A stretch of 51,920 nucleotides of DNA, filler included, from Catajapyx aquilonaris (Eukaryota), in the NCBI GenBank assembly GCA_000934665.2. It is 2 parts of 2 records of this genome, joined end to end, with 100 filler letters (N's around TTAATTAATTAA, not from the genome) between each part and the next. Parts side by side here need not be neighbours in the genome. Positions count along the whole stretch, not along the records: positions 25,906 to 51,920 come from KZ539324.1; 1 more part is not named here. One strand, given 5' to 3'. The position numbers and the translations under genes are program-made. Below, in pieces: positions 49,396-51,920 of this stretch (positions are counted from its first letter, which is position 1; the number at the start of each line of letters is the position of its first letter). The notes under the pieces were generated by a model. The model was given only the letters and a program-made list of their open reading frames with translations. It was not told the origin of the DNA and did not search any database.

Positions 49396-50246
49396 CAGGG
49401 AGCATATACTACATAAGAGGCGCAAACATTCAATTTTTGCGTCTCTCTGTTTATAGAGCGTTGCCAAGACTGGCGGCCATTTTGAAGTGTGTGGTACGCC
49501 AACGAGGTATAAATAGGGTACAGGCAGGCTGTCAAGGTCCGCAGGGGTCCGCCATCTTTGATGGTTTTGGCTGCCATGGCAATACACGGCAATAACAATT
49601 TACTTACCCATTCCAATATCGAATTCAAATTCGCGCGCGTTCTTGCCGTGTAGTTGCCATGGCAGCCAAAACCATCAAAGATGGCGGACCCTATTTTTGC
49701 CTGTACCCTATTTATACCTCGTTGGATTACCACACACTTCAAGATGGCCGCCAGCCTTGGCAACGCCCTATAAACAGAGAGACGCGAACATCAAAGGCGC
49801 CGACAGAAGTTTGCGCCTCTTATGTAGTATAGACCACGGTATAGACCAGCCCACGGACACTACCCCTATCTTCTGGGCTTATCACCTGCCGAGGGATTAC
49901 GCACCGGGTGCTCCCTTGACACCGCCACAAGACATTTCCCAGAGCATTTATGTGGCGACCCTACCGGACTAAGGCTGAACTTTATAGGTACGAAAGGGGA
50001 GGGCTACATTGGGGGGCCCAACATGGCCGCCGGCGGCCATGTTGGGCCAGCATGTAGCGCTCGAGCCCTCCCCTTTCGTACCTATAAAGTTCAGCCTTAG
50101 TCCGGTAGGGTCGCCACATAAATGCTCTGGGAAATGTCTGGTGGCGGTGTCAAGGGAGCACCCGGTGCGTAATCCCTCGGCAGGGGGTGGGTGGGGAGTG
50201 ACCTAACCTGAGTCTTCTACAGCCGTGGTATAGACTATGCTCCCTG
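49396..50246. mobile_element. Foldback element (CAGGGAGCATA…TATGCTCCCTG) with the palindromic element (about 49835-50227) nested in its right arm
   Basis: Inverted arms 49396-49596 and 49640-49830; the nested copy is homologous to 2142-2514. Confidence 0.82.
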
Positions 50247-50540
50247 ACAGTATAGTCTATAGTGTGTGTAAAAGAAAAATACTAAACTATTTCTTAGAAA
50301 TAAACCATAATAATGAACGTATTATTTCCTGTGTTTATGTTTTTGTTGTCTTTTATTCAAGTTTTTTTTACTCCTCTGATAATCTGATTATTATCTGACC
50401 TGTTCGGTTATCTGACAATGACCGGCATGTTGCCAGCTAAAAATTGTGCTGTTCATAAATTACGCAAGTAATTTTGCATTTTTAAATTACTAAGTTACAT
50501 TATTAAATAAATAAAATGTTATTTCTGGAAGGTAGGTTCC

Positions 50541-50592
50541 GATTGGGTCATTAATTATTCATGAGGACGTCACGTCATTGGTCACGTGACGT
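50541..50592. promoter_or_regulatory. Promoter-like motif cluster in a CpG-rich patch
   Basis: ATTGG twice, ACGTCACGTCA, and a perfect GTCACGTGAC (E-box/CLEAR-type) at 50581-50590. No gene was assigned. Confidence 0.35.
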
Positions 50593-51431
50593 GTTCGAAC
50601 GCTCGCGCTTGGATCTGGATGAGAGAGTTGTCTGCTTGGGGGGGAAAGGATCCGGCCTGAAATCCTATCCAAGTGTTGGTCCTTTACGTTTACGAGAAGA
50701 ATTACGAGAATTACGAGAAGTTTGGAATACGTGTACATCCGGGAAGTCAACTCCGGATTTGTAGTTGGATGCGCGCCGAAGTCGGGGGGCTGCCCTGAGA
50801 GAATAAGTAAGCTCACCATCTTTGGAACACTGGTTCAGGCCGGTTCAGGCACTTGGTATTTGAGTGGAAGTCTACCCTAATACATTTATTGGTTAAAACC
50901 ATGTCGCACGGTATGACTCAAACAATCACATGACCAATTGTAAATCAAGAAAAAGATGTACTGGATTAACCAGTGATTACTGAACTAATGTTATTTTTTG
51001 GTGTTGTAGTTTGCTGTTAGCATCAACTCAACGTCGCTGTCTGTGCAAAGATGGAGCGTGGCAGGTGGGTGCAGCCGCCTGGAGGTCAAGCGATGAGTTA
51101 CCAGCAGCCAGATGAACAAGAAGAGGATGATATGACTGCACGGTACTTGTCTCACCTCCCAAGTGCTTATAATGCATGAGAACACTGCATACGAGCATTA
51201 CAAAAGCCATCTCTTGAAGCCTTGCACGTCTGTTCATGACTACTACTCTTCGTGGAATATGCAAAAGAAAGCCTCCAGTTAGGAGAATCTACAGCATGAC
51301 TGCAAAAGTTTCATGTTGCCATTTAACATGTTCTTACATAGAGATTTTACTTAATTTTCTCACTTAGTAGCATGTATGCAAGGCACTTCTTACAGGGAAG
51401 ATGAAATGATTCACACTTGAATCAAGTGGTA

Positions 51432-51591
51432 CAGTATTGGTCACATATCGAGGCAACTGCCAGCGACATTTTCCGAAGCGGCAGAAGAAGGAATCGAAGA
51501 TAAGCATGCTACAAGCCGGGCGAGCAAGATTCCTTCTTCTGCCGCTTCGGAAAATGTCGCTGGCGGTTGCCTCAATATATGACCAATACTG
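51432..51591. mobile_element. Palindromic MITE
   Basis: Inverted arms of about 65 bp (CAGTATTGGTCA…TGACCAATACTG). Confidence 0.8.
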
Positions 51592-51920
51592 TGCAGTACT
51601 TCAGTCTACATGCATTTAACACATCTGGATTGTTATCTCTGGCAACAATTGTGTTCTGAACCGCTTTAGGCTTGGGTTTGGAATTCTGCATGCACATCAG
51701 CCTGCCTTACAATCTACTTTGCCACATCCCAAACGCTGCAGTTGGTAGCTCAGAAGATCAAACATTAGACGCAGCTTTGCCCAACTTGTGAGCTCTTCTG
51801 CACATTCACTTACGTAATTCTTAGTTGAATCACAGAGATGCACTGCATCATTTTGTGCTGCTTCACATGCTAGAGCAATGCAAAGAGGGTTTGAAAATGT
51901 GAGTTGGCTCTTCTGAATGT

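Noticed and set aside
49077..49763. 228-aa ORF, and mirrored ORF pairs such as 2163/2250, 39014/42563 and 39719/41857
   Set aside because: These are by-products of palindromic elements and often cross element boundaries.
2142..50227. Four nested insertions all fall in the right-hand arm of their hosts
   Set aside because: Only four events in hosts whose orientation is arbitrary; easily due to chance.
50991..51920. Coding-like fragments on the - strand at the window end
   Set aside because: No consistent frame or recognisable domain, and truncated by the window edge.

Overview
Eukaryotic genomic DNA rich in introns and transposons. It is probably from an arthropod/insect, but the species cannot be determined from the sequence. 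The window is two pieces joined by an artificial 100-bp spacer (44 N + TTAATTAATTAA + 44 N, 25806-25905); both pieces share repeat families, so they come from the same genome. The left piece holds the last five coding exons of a ZNF207/BuGZ ortholog (GLEBS motif SKIIHPQEDISL|EERRAKMPKY; stop at 11710-11712) with a probably long 3' UTR. It also holds a decayed C2H2 zinc-finger gene (- strand) and a decayed BC-box/LRR gene (+ strand). The right piece holds an ankyrin-like remnant and a 3-exon orphan gene (- strand, about 185 aa, acidic with tandem KKRK-TP repeats) behind a CRE/CCAAT promoter. It also has tRNA-derived SINEs and dense, nested non-autonomous DNA transposons, including a 3.5-kb Sola2-like double foldback. 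The most interesting signals are: (1) a duplicated GLEBS half-exon in BuGZ (8034-8117) that differs from the main exon only at synonymous sites; (2) palindromic elements whose two arms evolve in concert, with junctions that repeat the target 8-mer in an odd way; (3) the orphan acidic/NLS-repeat gene. All calls were made by eye; no database searches were run.
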